A DNA stretch of 64,000 nucleotides from Setoptus koraiensis. Lineage: Eukaryota; Animalia; Arthropoda. The stretch lies in assembly GCA_048013815.1 (NCBI GenBank), contig CM106585.1, positions 8,370,001 to 8,434,000 of the forward strand. The letters run 5' to 3'. A program made the translations under genes and the position numbers. A model generated the notes under the pieces. The model was not told the origin of the DNA. It worked only from the letters and a program-made list of their open reading frames with translations, and ran no database searches. Positions 46,501 through 59,695 of the stretch are shown here, in pieces. Position 1 is the first letter of the stretch. The number at the start of each line of letters is the position of its first letter.

Positions 46501-47870
46501 TGATTATCTTTTTCGCTGCCACATTCCTCTCTGAATTTCACTCATCAAGCGTCGCTCTTCTCTTATGATTGGCGTATCATTTCTTCAGCGAGACAGTTCA
46601 TGAAGAAAAGTCATAGTTTGAACTCATATAAATGTATAATAAATTAGCATGTCAAATAATATAAACATGAAACAAACGAAAGTATAACTGACAAGCACTG
46701 ACTCGTAGGCTATACTGAATTCCTCTCGAGTAACTTATGGTAATCAACTTAGAAATGTCTTTCACATTTATGTAATATAAGATAGCGTGAATGATAAACA
46801 TGTACATCCTAGTTGTACTTACTGACTCGATGAGATCTTGCATAGGTTTGGCACCTCTACTTTCAATAGTTTCATTTTTATCAAGGCACGATAAGTAATA
46901 AGTCCTGGTTTTTTCCTCAGCACTACCAGGTTTGAACTCTTCATTCTCTGAAAATAAAATTGAATAAACGTAAAAAAGCGTCGATGTTTTATGATATTTT
47001 AAACTTGTAGTATATGCAGTTTTGAGCCAGTAATGTTAACACTAGTTGGTAAGAAATTCTAACCCACCTAAAACGTTCTTCATGATCAACTGATTCTCTT
47101 GCCATAATTTTCCGAACGTCCCCCATGATGATTTACCTTCGGGTAGTGGATTTGATTTGATCCAATCTCCACAAGAGTACATCTGTTATCATAGAAGAAA
47201 GCGAATTATAATTTGTTAGCGTGATCAGTGTTAACTGTTACAGGTAAAAATGAACATCGTCATTCCTCTTCTACGACTCTTGATAACAATGCAAGTTACA
47301 TTAAGGTGGCAGACTCACATAAAAGTCGTCACATGGATCTACAGTGGTATCAATGGCGCTGATAATATTTGCCGCAACAGTAATACATGAAGGAGTTAGA
47401 CAATAATCTGGTTGAGCTGTCTCTGGCCGCGTTGCAATCTCGTTTGTTTGTTCTTTTCTATCTGTTTGGTATCTATCCGAAATTAGTACCGATATAAGTA
47501 TTAGAACTAAAGCGGTGGTTGTAGTTGCGAAAAAGGTGGACACTAATATGAGTAACCTCTCAAATGGCGACGATCTAGACCACATTGACCGCTGATATTT
47601 TTTACTTGATCGGGATAGAGAGCATGCATTGGCCAACATAATAGCTGGCCGAGGGGCACTTGTCGGGGCCACTGTTATGGTGGGTGAGTTGTCATTGTCT
47701 GAATTATTTTCACTATTGCAGCAACTAGTCGATATAGGATGTAATCTTGTTGATGAATTCATAGTTAAAGATGCCGTGCTACTACAATCGATTGCCACCA
47801 TTTTCTCAGTGCTGATGCAAGCACTATCTATAGAGGTAAAACTGGTACTGTTCATTCGTGGTTGAGGCAT
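43549..47870 (-). CDS. ECE1: Endothelin-converting enzyme 1 / neprilysin (M13) type II membrane metallopeptidase, about 863 aa, 8 exons
   Basis: TM anchor ([25 protein letters not shown]), CLTPSC...[21 protein letters not shown] (HExxH), [10 protein letters not shown]-terminal CVVW. Exons 47870-47319, 47182-47068, 46947-46823, 45886-45668, 45563-44805, 44664-44587, 44426-44019, 43884-43549 total 2,592 nt, in frame. Confidence 0.92.
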
Positions 47871-50152
47871 CTCAGAAAAATAATGAGGGAGCGGCTTTTC
47901 AGAGTAATCCAAGAAACTATTTCACGATTCTTCTGTCACTGTTTTTATACTGTCGCTGTTATATAGATCATTTAATAGATAAGTTTAATAAGTTACGTAA
48001 CAAATGAATAGTCAGGCATTGCATAAACACTGCTGGTGATATTAGCTGGTGATGTTTGAAAGTTGCGAAACTTCTGAAAGTTCTGAACTTTGTTGTGTGT
48101 TTTTCTGCGTGTTCTTCTCGTTGTTATTGTCACACTGTTTCGCCTGAATGAAGTCAATCAAAAGATAACTTTTCTCCTTTCTCCTTTCTCTCTCTCTACC
48201 TCTCGCTCTCTCGTTCTCTCGCATCCGAGTTATGCGTTGCTCGGTGAGGGTCGCACTCTCTCCTCTCTTCCTTGAGTATCCTATTGTGTTTAGATATTGC
48301 TCCTGTACGTTTGAGTGCTTTCGTCTCCTGTAAAGTTGCTTAGGAACTTATAATTTGGCTAACTTGATATTGTCATACGATAGATAGTTTCGATGTTTTG
48401 ATTTTGACAAGAAGAAAAATGAAAGAAAGCTGACATAGATTGGGTGTGTTGGCAATGAAATAAAGTTGATAATGAGCCTATTTGTGTGAGATGACAACGA
48501 CGACCGACTAGATTCTTTGTCTGAGCAGAAATGTTTGAAATTCAACTAGTACTATTGTCACTAATAAGCCACTCTCTCTCTCTCTCTCCCTATATATATC
48601 TCTCAAGTCAACGACGATGATAATGATGGCTGTTCGGTTTCTGTAGAGAAAAATGGCGTCTAGGCATCTAAATACTATACATAATAGTCGTGATGATATC
48701 TAAGCTATAAGTTAGTTTCAACTTATATAACATAATGCGTGTCTCTATCAAAGTGTTTGTTTGTGTTTGACTGAGTGGTAATTTGTATCAACATCTATGA
48801 TTGAAGCGTGATAAAAAGAGTTACTGACGAAGAGTTACCATTGAAGGGCGCGCGCGCTTTTGCAGCTTGTTAGCTGGATTGTAGGATCATATCAGTCAGT
48901 TTGTCTCAGCTTGAACTAATCTGTCTGTCTATCTGCCTATCTGCTAGATTTATATATAACTTTGAACTATTGCGCACTGTTAGCTTTCTCAGACTACTAC
49001 TACTGCTGCTGTTGCTGCTACCGTTGTTGTTGCCGTTGTTGTTATCATCGTTAGGCTAGCCCCGAAGTGGATATATTGATGCGCTATATATTGATGCTGA
49101 TGATGATCTCTTAATGGATTTAGTTGTGCTAAGATACTATTCCATGGTGATAGGCTAATACTATTTGGATATTAATTTTAAGTTTGTCTCGCGTGTTTGC
49201 TTGTTCGCCGTTCATCGCCTAGAGACAATCTCGGTGAGTGTCGGGTTGGTAATAGTGTAGAGAAAATTGTTGACTAGTTTCACTGTTTTGCATGGCCCAA
49301 TGCGATAGGAATGATCAAGTGATGAAGCTATTAGCTGGTGATAGTGTTAAATGATAATAATAACAACAGTGTAAAATATTCCCTATAGTTGTTGCTGTTG
49401 TGCGGTTCCAAGTAAATGGCGGCTGTTGTGGACTGTTAACTACTAAAACTGTTAACAACAATAACATTGCAAATGTGAAATAATGTGTAATCACGACAAT
49501 AATAATAATAAAATTCTACATGTTGGTTTCATGTCACTTGTCAATTTGTTGTGCTGCCGCTGAAGCAATTTGATAATAATGGCCAACATTCAAGATATGT
49601 GTGTGTGTGAGTGTTTACTTATACGTGTATTTCCTGATAAACTTTGCTTCTTATTCTCTAGCTTCCATGAGGGGATCGGCGCCGGTCAATTTTTCTCACA
49701 AGCCACAACAACAATATGTAACTGGATGCACTGGAATGTTGTCTGCTGAATGTAATTGACTTGTAAGTAATTGACTAGTGTAGTTGCTTGCGGCCTGTAC
49801 TATATATTGCAAGTGTATTATAAATATTTATTCACGGACTAGCGGAATTTATCCGTTCGGTGGCCCACGATAACATGCGAGCTATTTATTATTGCTATTT
49901 GTGTGTACAGTTCACTGTGTCATCATCATGCCAAAGAGAGAGGGAGAGAATCCTTTCTTCACTACGCGCGCGCACACAATATCGATGGTTTTGCGCCTAG
50001 ACACACACAGGCTACACAGCGCGCACAAGCTCTGCATCGAAATGTCCACCAATCAGGTTTCGCCATTTTCACTATATAACTACACATGTAACATGCTCAG
50101 ACTGCGCGCTATCCAACGGACAGACAGCGCGCACAGCAATGGCGTCCTGTGT

Positions 50153-50220
50153 GTACGGTAACCATAGTATGGTTACCGTACTATGGTTTCGACTGGATCC
50201 ATCGAATGGTTACCATTCGA
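50153..50220. repeat. Cluster of overlapping palindromes built on GGTNACC cores
   Basis: GTACGGTAACCAT-agt-ATGGTTACCGTAC (13-bp perfect stem, 50153-50181); ACCATAGTA...TACTATGGT (50161-50187); TCGAATGGT-t-ACCATTCGA (50202-50220). Confidence 0.9.
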
Positions 50221-53200
50221 CCACGCCAGCACACACACACACTAGCTTGCACTGCGAGCTACACAAGCGCCAACGCTGGCGAATATTGTACTGGGCGAAA
50301 TTAAATTCAATTTATGAAATTATTTGCTCAAGCTCGAAAAAGTTCGCTACGCACTGCGTGAGCCGTCGAACATTTATGCAACATTATACAGTTCGACGGT
50401 GCCAGTTTCTTCGGAGTCCATGAGCATTCCATCAAATATGCTCCAGCAACTAAAATGTGCATTGAACACACACACACACACACACACACACACCGTCGAA
50501 CTTGCTCGCAAAGACTCGCCAGATTGTGAGGGGCGATATTGACCAATAAATGTGTATGAGCGTGTGCGCGCGCACGCCATCAAGAGGGTGCATGTGTAGC
50601 TCAGACAGGGCCCCGGGGCGTATGGATAACTAACAAACACATTCCAGAGGGGGCGCTTATTCACTGCGGTGTGCTTGTGTGCTCACTGGCCCACAATCTT
50701 GATATGTGTACATATGTATCAATATGGATGCCCGAGCGCACAAGTCCAAGCGAGCTTCCTTCTTTTTGTCTTTACTTTCTTCTTATCATCATGTTGTTGT
50801 TATCATCTATAACATTGTGTGCAATAAAAATGAATAATTAGCTAGCAGATATATAGGGGCACGCACTGGACTGGAATATTACTGATGATATTGTTCGATG
50901 GTTCAGCGGTATCCACTCCATCTACAGCACACGAAACTATGCCAACGAACAACAAACATATATAGTTGCGATTATCAGTATGATTATGGCTAAATTAACG
51001 AACAACTCTTCATTAGACCCGCTCTATCAAATTTCCGTTTGTTCCCTTTCTCTTCATCATTACTCGGCGCTTTTTTTTCTATTCTTGTGGCCATCGAAGG
51101 CAAAAAACAAACAAAATAAAAACACTGTCGGCAATCTCCTGCTCCACATGAACACTTGAACAACAAATAACTTTTCTTCCGGTTAACTCTCGCTCTCACA
51201 ATAACTCTATCCATCCGGATAAATATAGTTGTCTAACTAGTGTGGGCAGCAAGGAAGCGTGTCAGATCAATCAGGAGGTTGCCTGTCTATCTTATCTAAT
51301 ATGTATGAGCTTGAATGGATGTGAGTGTTGAGTTGAGCACTCTCGATCAAATATTGATTATCTCAGCAAAGTCGTGACAACATCACATATCATACACACA
51401 TGAACACATTTAATATATCGTAGTATCATTATTATTCATCCTTCGTCATTAAGGCCAACGCAAACTGTGGGCGATGATAGAATTGTAATTGAATAATGTA
51501 ATTATTCATAATAGATGATGATGTTTGCTCCACATGTACTTGCTATTGCTTTTATCATCAGAGCCTGTTGGATTTTCATCATGCCACTCTCAGTCTATTA
51601 CGCACTAAATGTATCAAAGCAAACCATCTGGTGTTTGTTTTCAGTTACCCTTCTCGTATAAAGCTAAACTTAGCAACTCTAATATAATGCGGGTCACTTT
51701 ATCCTTATTATATCACCATAACTCTACTTTGATAATTCTTCCTGAATCATTAGATTTCATCATTATGCCATATGGAATCAATGGAATGGTTTGTAATGAC
51801 AGGGTTTATAGTTGGAAGCGGCAAAAATCGCTTCATCACTATATGTGTCAAAAGTACATTCAAGCTAAACCAACAAAGCACTTTGCAACAAAAATGATCA
51901 ATATTGCAATAGCAAGATCTATAAATGGCTCATTTTAATGATATTGTTTGAAGATTAATGAAGTATCTCAATTCTCGCAAGGTTCTAACTTGTGCAAACA
52001 AAAATATTAACTAAAATTATCGCCGCTAAACATTTGCTGCAAAACCAGCTAAACAAATCGGTCTGTAGAAGGTGTTGACCGGTCGATCGAACTAAACATG
52101 ATCGATACATACATATCAATTTACTGACAACTTGATACTATTCGACCAGACTATCCTCACTGTTAATCCCCAAACAATGGCTTGAACCATTTATAATCGA
52201 GAGCACTGACCCAAAAAGAAGTGTTCCATAGTTCTTGCAACTTCGATTGTTTATACTACTAAATCATCAACTCCGGATTGTGACGAGGAACATTTGCTGT
52301 ATTGGCGAATTCTCCCAGTGAGCAATGCCCATGAGAATGATACAATGGCTCGCTTTATCCTTCTGAACTTCACTACAGGCGAACTAGTACAGCGTGTGGC
52401 GAGATCGTTGCAAACCATTCAACGACGAGATAAAACCAGGGATATCTTGCTGGTAGATGTTTCTTTCGCTTATCTATTTGGCATGTCTCTAAATCTACAA
52501 CTGCCCCCATCTGTTTGTGACGTCTAGATACTGGAGATATCATAAAGATAAGTGCGGGCGGCAGCATACAGTTCGGCTAAAGAGTTATAGTTTTTAAACC
52601 GAATGAAGATAATGCGAAATATCTCAATTCTCTCCTCACCACTGCCGCTTGAAGCCAATTTCATTTTCTATGTCGTGAAACGTCTGTCCAAAGATCATAC
52701 GGGCAGAGATCACAAGAGTGTGAAGACATCTGTCAAGCCGATGTGGCTTATGAGTAAATATATATTATTTTCTTCCCATCATTTCAGAAGACGATATGTA
52801 GTACAATGTTGTACTATGTATTGCTTGATAACAGTTGAGTGGCAGATACACAAGTATCTACGTCGGAGTCTTTTGAAGGCTTTCGTGACATCTCATTATT
52901 AGATGATCAGAACTACGAACTAGCCTATAATTATTTGTTCAGCATAGTGGAAAGAAGTTTGCGATTATGAAGGTACAGAGAACTTGAATAGTGACTCGTG
53001 GCAATTCGATGATGAATCTTCAAATCACTAAAGCGCCACCTACACATACCGAATAATACTTGCCAATGTTCGTCTATGCATATCATTTATCCAGCCCAAT
53101 TGCATCATGTCTATTACACCCTGATATCATTGTAACATTGGATATTGCAGAGGTCTTTTGAGGTGCAATGTTGTAATTAATCTCGGATGATGCAAAGAAT

Positions 53201-54907
53201 CAGTTAATTTATCAAGATGGCGATCGAGACAAAACTTTGAAACTGGCGCCCTTTGGTCTGGCGTACACTTTATTCCTGCTCGTGCATCCAGTGAGAACAA
53301 TCCAGAGATCTGTGCACCTGTGCACTTGCGCTCAACGTTGATAGTTCATTGGAAGCTATTGAAGGACGTGCCGTAGCGCTCATAGTGAGATGTTCAGTTT
53401 ACTTTTTTGTGCCCACTCAACGGGCTCATGAGTACACGGTGTTCGGCACACAAGCCGTCATACCTAGCCCTATACGACGGTTGTCATACCTGATTGACTG
53501 AATACGTGAATTCTTTTTTATGCCTACCGTTCAAGTTCAATGAATACCCACGAGAGACGCTGACAACGCATCTAGTAACACCATGAAGCGCCTGTGGTAT
53601 TCTGTTGTTCTTTTACCATCCATTGGCAAAAACTGTTTGCCATTGGATGGTGCAGCGTAGATAGTCAGGCCACCAATCGGCTTCTTGCTGAACTACGAGT
53701 GAAGCAATTGAAACGGCTCACACAGAGTGGAAAAAAAGGTATTACTGTAGTAGCAAGCATTCATATTGTGTCATTAGTATGCGCAGACAAATAGTGTTCC
53801 CACTGGATTCAGTGTGTGCCTAGTTTAGATGCACGCAAATTCATAAAGCGCGCTCATAAGTCTGCACATGGGGAAAAATCTTTGGATATCCAGCGCCCCT
53901 GTGGCAATATTTTATGGACACAAGTGTAAAGCGCTAGCTCATGTTTGTTGGACACACTGGTTAGTGAGCGTATACTTTATGCACAGCACATTTATACTGT
54001 GAAAGAGCTGTATATAAAGTGGACTGTGTGTCTGTGTGTGTGTGTGTGTGCGTGTGTATTGAATTGTTGTGTGTGTTTGTTTGTGTGTTTGTCTGTGTGT
54101 TTGTGCAGTTTTGTAACCATCATCATCAACATTTATGACAAAATTTTTCAATATTATTATTATCAACAATAATATCAATACTCGCCCTTAGATTAGAGGT
54201 TGTCTGGAATCTATTCAACTATACTTAATGAATACTACACTACCATAAGTAAACTAATACTACTAGATTGACACTTCATTCGATTGATGATAAGATCATG
54301 GACATCACGACTTTATTATTACTTTAGGTAGAAACTTTTATTATTATTATTATAATTATCACTATTATTATCATCATTATTATAATTATTATCAATATTA
54401 TAGATTGACTGGTGATCTAAACACTAATTGACATTCATTAGAATTATAACGAGAAAACTCTTTATCTAATATTTAGCTAAAATTTGAATTCCCATTATGA
54501 ATTGATCCCCATCCCCCCCAATCCCCAATTAGAAGCTGTAAACTGTATATCAATATCAACTACCACTACTATTACCACAATAGCACTCACTAAGAAAGAA
54601 CACCGACAACATCAAACAACAGCATTCAGGATTAACAACAGAATCAACCACAGCAACACCATTACCAGCATCACAATATCATCTAAACACTAACAATAAT
54701 ATAATACAGAAAATACATACGTACATATACAAACATACAAAACCTAAAACTAATATAATTTCTCACTTATTTGGATAACAATTAAAAAAACTCACACAGC
54801 AGCCAACCAGCTTTAGCAACTGACACTCATCTATAACGCTGGCTACATTGACCAATAATTCACCCAGTCGCGGAGGATCCTACGCAACATTTCATTACAA
54901 TAATGTT

Positions 54908-57244
54908 ATGGCTAGACCTGGACATCGTGATAGGGACAAATATGAAGCGCCCAATCCGCGCCGTGTACATACTATTATGTCTGCAGAGGATTTAGCCAGT
55001 GGCAGAAAACCGGCCCCCTGGAGAGGTCTAGAGATTACTGGTGGCGTAAGGACATTATCTCCCCAATTATGGTCGATGATACATCTAACATCATTATATT
55101 TGAATGATAATAATCTACAACGAATACCTCCCGATATCGGTAGACTGACTAAGCTCAGGTATTTAGATATATCATCAAACAAATTACGTGGGTTGCCCAA
55201 TCAAATAGGTGATCTAATACTCTTAAAAGAGTTATTATTGAACAACAATAGCTTGCGCACCCTACCCTATGAGATGGGAAAATTATTTCAACTACAAAAA
55301 TTGGGTCTCAAAGGTAACGCATTAAGTTCGGAATATTTACAATTGTACAATGACCACGGAGGTACACAGAAGTTAATCACATACCTATTGGATTGTCTAG
55401 CTGTACAACAACCAGCGCCCCGCCCATCACAGCGCCCATGGATCTTGATGGATCAGCCTGTTGACAGATCTAAACCATCATGCATGTTTACGGTGATGTG
55501 TTATAATGTTTTATGTGATAAATATGCTACAAGACAACTCTATGGATACTGTCCAAGTTGGGCTCTTAGCTGGGAGTATAGGAGACATTCTATTATGGAA
55601 GAACTTAAAGCTAATTCGGCCGACATCATAGCCCTTCAAGAAGTAGAAACCGAACAATATCACGACTATTTCTTGAGAGAATTACAAGCTGAAGGTTATG
55701 ATGGTATATTTTCACCAAAATCGCGAGCTAAAACAATGACGGAATCAGAAAGGAAATACGTTGATGGTTGTGCCATTTTCTACAGAACTAGTAAATTCTC
55801 ATTAATAGCCGAGCATCTGATTGAATTCAATCAATTGGCTATGGCTAATGCTGAAGGTTCAGATGATATGTTGAACAGAGTAATGACCAAAGATAATATT
55901 GCTTTAGCAGCATTACTACAGATCAAAGAAGGAGCATTCGATTCTTTTCAAACAAGTGGCACTGGAAGTAATGTTGTTGGCGGAGGCCTGAATTCTACAT
56001 CGGGTATCCCTTCGGCCAGCAACCAGAGCACGCCAGGTATGTCCGGAACTACTCAGCAACAACCACATCAGCAGAGGTTATTAGTCTGTACAGCACATAT
56101 TTATTGGGATCCTGAATTCTGTGATGTCAAGATTATACAAACTATAATGTTGACGCAAGAGCTGCAAGCCATCGCTGATGCCGCTGCTCTTGATCTTATT
56201 AACAGTAGCACCAATTCAAATAAACAGTTATTAAACAATGGATGCGCAACCAATAGCGACGGAGATAGTAATAATGGGAACTCGACTGATAGCATTGATG
56301 GTGAAATAATGGCCTCCAAAAGCGATAGTATGAAGATTGATCTATACCAACAGAAGCCGAACGGTCAATTGGGTGCCGAGATGATACCTTTGATATTGTG
56401 CGGAGATTTTAATTCATTGCCTGAATCTAGCGTTGTTGAATTCTTAAACAACGGATCTATATCAGATGACCATAAAGATTTTAAAAAATTAGCTTACAAA
56501 GACTGTTTACGCAAGATATGTAACTCGAGATTATCAGCGTTGGCAAACTCACAGCATTCACAACACCAACAAAGTCATCAGTATTCGACGTCGCAGTCGT
56601 CAAAATTATCGTCACTATCAACGCAAGCATCATCATCGCTTGATAATGACAAATCATCCGGAAGTATCGACTCACTATCGAATACTCCCAATGGTAATGG
56701 TGGGAACAACCCGCAGAAGAATAGCAATGTCTATTCCAATAGTAGTATGTCCACCTTAACCAATTCAGCTATAAACAACTCAGAGTCCAACAATTACACC
56801 CACCCTTTTCCGATTGCAACGGCTTATACTGGCGAAGGAGCCATGCCGTTTACCAACTACACGTATGTTAATTTCTAAAGTTTACTAACTCTAACGATCG
56901 AGCTCTATAGCATAAAGTATGTTTCTAATTAATCCTAATTCTTCCTTTATCTACATAGGTTTGACTTCAAAGGTGTTATTGATTACATTTTTTACTCAAG
57001 AAACCTAATGTCAGTGCTGGGAGTGTCCGGTCTGGACAAGAGCTGGCTTACAGAGAACAAAATACCCGGTTTGCCGCATCCATACTTCCCCTCGGACCAT
57101 TTTCCATTATATGTGGAGCTAGAAATATTGCCAACCCCTCGTAGCACTACCATAAGCAACAGATATAAGCTACAACAACCAAATCAACATCAACACAAAA
57201 ATGACTTTCTTCAAATAAATCCAATGAGAAAACCCTTTTTTTGA
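54908..57244 (+). CDS. CNOT6: CCR4-NOT complex subunit 6 (CCR4/Twin), LRR + EEP deadenylase, about 746 aa, 2 exons
   Basis: DKYEAPNPRRVHTIMS N-terminus; LRRs (LTSLYLNDNNLQRIP, LRYLDISSNKLRGLP, LKELLLNNNSLRTLP, LQKLGLKGN); EEP motifs to PSDHFP. Exons 54908-56862 and 56959-57244 (96-bp phase-2 intron GTATGT...ATAG). Confidence 0.96.
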
Positions 57245-57320
57245 CCTTAAATATTGAAAAGATTGCTATACTTTATTCTTGATACAGCCTCAACAGTTGA
57301 CTTGACTTTACTACATATGC

Positions 57321-58139
57321 CTATTTAGGCAGACTTAATAACGTCTGTTGACCCTGGGGAAGGTATACTACATTTCTAGAGTTAGATAGTTGGGCGGCAA
57401 TTTCTTCTGCTGCTTCCAATCTTCTAAGTTCTACGAGCGCCTCACCAACATCACCGAAAGCCTTCGCCAGAAGAGAGGCGGCTTGACTGTCACCCTCTGC
57501 TGAGATAACGGCAGCTTTCTTCTGTTGTTCTGCCTTCTCTACAAGGAACTTGGCTCTTTCGGCATCTTGCTGAGCTACTTGCTTAAGTTCTACTGCGTTC
57601 GTGAATTCCCTACCAAACGTCAAATGTGTAATAGATATATCATCAAGAATGAGCCCAAATTGGGTGGCTCTCTTTGTGAGTGCCTCATTAACTCTCTGTG
57701 ACACATGCTCTCTTTGTGTGATCAGTTCTCCTGCATCGAATTGGGCCACCACTGCTTTGAGAACTTCAGTGGTGATGGAGGGTAGGACACGTTCATCGTA
57801 ATCAGGTCCCAAAGTCTTATAGAGTGTGGGTAAATTATCCGACACCGGTCTAAATAGAATACGTAATGTGATGTTGACTGTCTGCAGATCCTTGCTACCA
57901 GTAATAGTGGGCACATTTCTAGGTCTAGTTTTAATGTCATAAATGATGGGCGACTGAACCCAAGGAATCAGAAAATGGGTACCTTCCCCAACGACATAAT
58001 TCTTTATACCAGCAAATCGATCAAATATAATAGCTCTCTGGCCTCCGTCAACATTGTACATGGCAGTGCTTGCGATTCCTCCTGCAGCAGTTAAAGCGAG
58101 TCCCACCTTTCCTATGGCATTGAATATCTGCGAGGCCAT
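57321..58139 (-). CDS. PHB1: Prohibitin-1, 272 aa, intronless
   Basis: [91 protein letters not shown] on the minus strand at 57277-57272. Confidence 0.97.
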   Translation of the reverse strand: MASQIFNAIGKVGLALTAAGGIASTAMYNVDGGQRAIIFDRFAGIKNYVVGEGTHFLIPWVQSPIIYDIKTRPRNVPTITGSKDLQTVNITLRILFRPVSDNLPTLYKTLGPDYDERVLPSITTEVLKAVVAQFDAGELITQREHVSQRVNEALTKRATQFGLILDDISITHLTFGREFTNAVELKQVAQQDAERAKFLVEKAEQQKKAAVISAEGDSQAASLLAKAFGDVGEALVELRRLEAAEEIAAQLSNSRNVVYLPQGQQTLLSLPK

Positions 58140-58497
58140 GATGATTAGAATGAGAGTTACAAGAGACGAATATATCTAGGCACCCAATCGATATTAGTTA
58201 GCTTCAATGAATCGGTATGGTAGTGATTTAATGAACGATCGACCTCTCTGAGAAAATAAACACGCTTTGAGATGTTGGTGTTTTGAGAGTGGTATTCTGT
58301 AGACGGCCGCTGGCCACGCTCTTCTGTAATTATCAATAGCGTTACATTGCATGTGCTCATGGGGCGCGACATTTGAATGAAAAAAACTTCGGCAATTTAA
58401 CCAATCACAACTTAATTGTGATCGAGAACTTGCTTGGACCAAGATAGATTCTAGATAAAGATCATTTTTAGTGAATTGTTATAGATTATAAGTAACA

Positions 58498-58670
58498 TCC
58501 TGTGATGTAAACCCGATTGGGTGATACAAGCATCATTGTGATGTCTTGAGACAAGTGATGTAGGTGATGGTGGCTAATCTTTTAAGAATGCGCCAAGAGC
58601 TGCCTTTAATTGCCATTTTTAATTTAATCAATTCATCTAATCGGTTCAAATGATTGAGGCAGTGTCGGAA
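58498..58670 (-). pseudogene. Decayed partial copy of the neighbouring UBA-like domain gene
   Basis: 58498-58526 is identical to 60363-60391 (29 bp). Similarity continues with substitutions and a 9-bp deletion to 58615 (vs 60492), with weaker traces (CAAATGATT..GAGGC) to about 58670. Confidence 0.85.
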
Positions 58671-59695
58671 AAATACCACCGACAGAGTCCTCCAGACCAT
58701 GTTGTCGTGTAATTAAGACCTAACACATCAGTTTAGCCAACAGTAAAGAAACTAGGCCCTCATTTGCAGTTTCATTATGTTTTGTTCTTAGACCTTCATG
58801 AGTTCGCTTACTTCTTTCTTCAACATTTTTGTAGGCCAATCTCATAACAGGATCAATGTTTAGTAGAAACCAATGTTTTCCAATGTTTTGCTGACCTTTC
58901 CTCATATTTCAAATCCGTCATTGAATCCTTCGCCCTTATTGAGCATGTCTAATCTACCCCCAATAAACTGTCAGAAGATTTGCAAATGTAACATCTTCTG
59001 AAGATAGGGCTGCATATGCGCCGTTCAAACAGATGTATCATAGTTGAAAATTATTTTGTGGCCGTTGTTGAATTGAAGTGCCTCTCTATGGCCACCAACG
59101 AGCTACCAAAGAGGCCCCCGCCAATACTAATAGGATCTTTAACATTTCTTTTGAGACAATTGACGATCTTGATGGGCATTGTTTGCGAATCATCACAAGG
59201 TTTCCACGATATTTTCTACTCAGAAGTAAGCGGAAATATCTGATTCAAGTGTTAGTCTACAATAACCAGTTGTCGACTTGTAATCACCAACAGTTAGAAC
59301 AGAGGTGAAGTGATTTAATGACTTCCATGTCGCAAAGATAGGCGAATTCGAGCACATGTTACGGAACCTTTACAACTTTAAATTCCTTCGGGTTTCTTCG
59401 TTCGATGAGTGGTGGTCGTCAATTGACAGGTTAGCCAACTTCGCAGTAACAACCATGTATCTTTTGCGTATCGCTCTCGTGCCGCGTTGATCTACTATTC
59501 ATAATCCGATTGGAGATGAAAGTTTCTTTTTCTCCCAAATTAACTCAATCAATCATTACATTAGAGTTATTACGATAATTCGTTTAAAACTCGTGTCAAC
59601 TATATATGCCACAATGATAGAAATAATTGATACAAGTGAGGCGTAACAGTCGAGATGTACAATTAAGACACAAGCAACAGTTAATAGTTAACATG

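Noticed and set aside
52210-53400. Coding-looking, non-repetitive DNA possibly from a decayed transposon or pseudogene
   Set aside because: No transposase, RT or integrase motifs, terminal repeats or target-site duplications could be recognised.
58720-59310. Short ORFs in the duplication scar considered as a transposase fragment
   Set aside because: No DDE/D or other element motif recognised. Origin undetermined.
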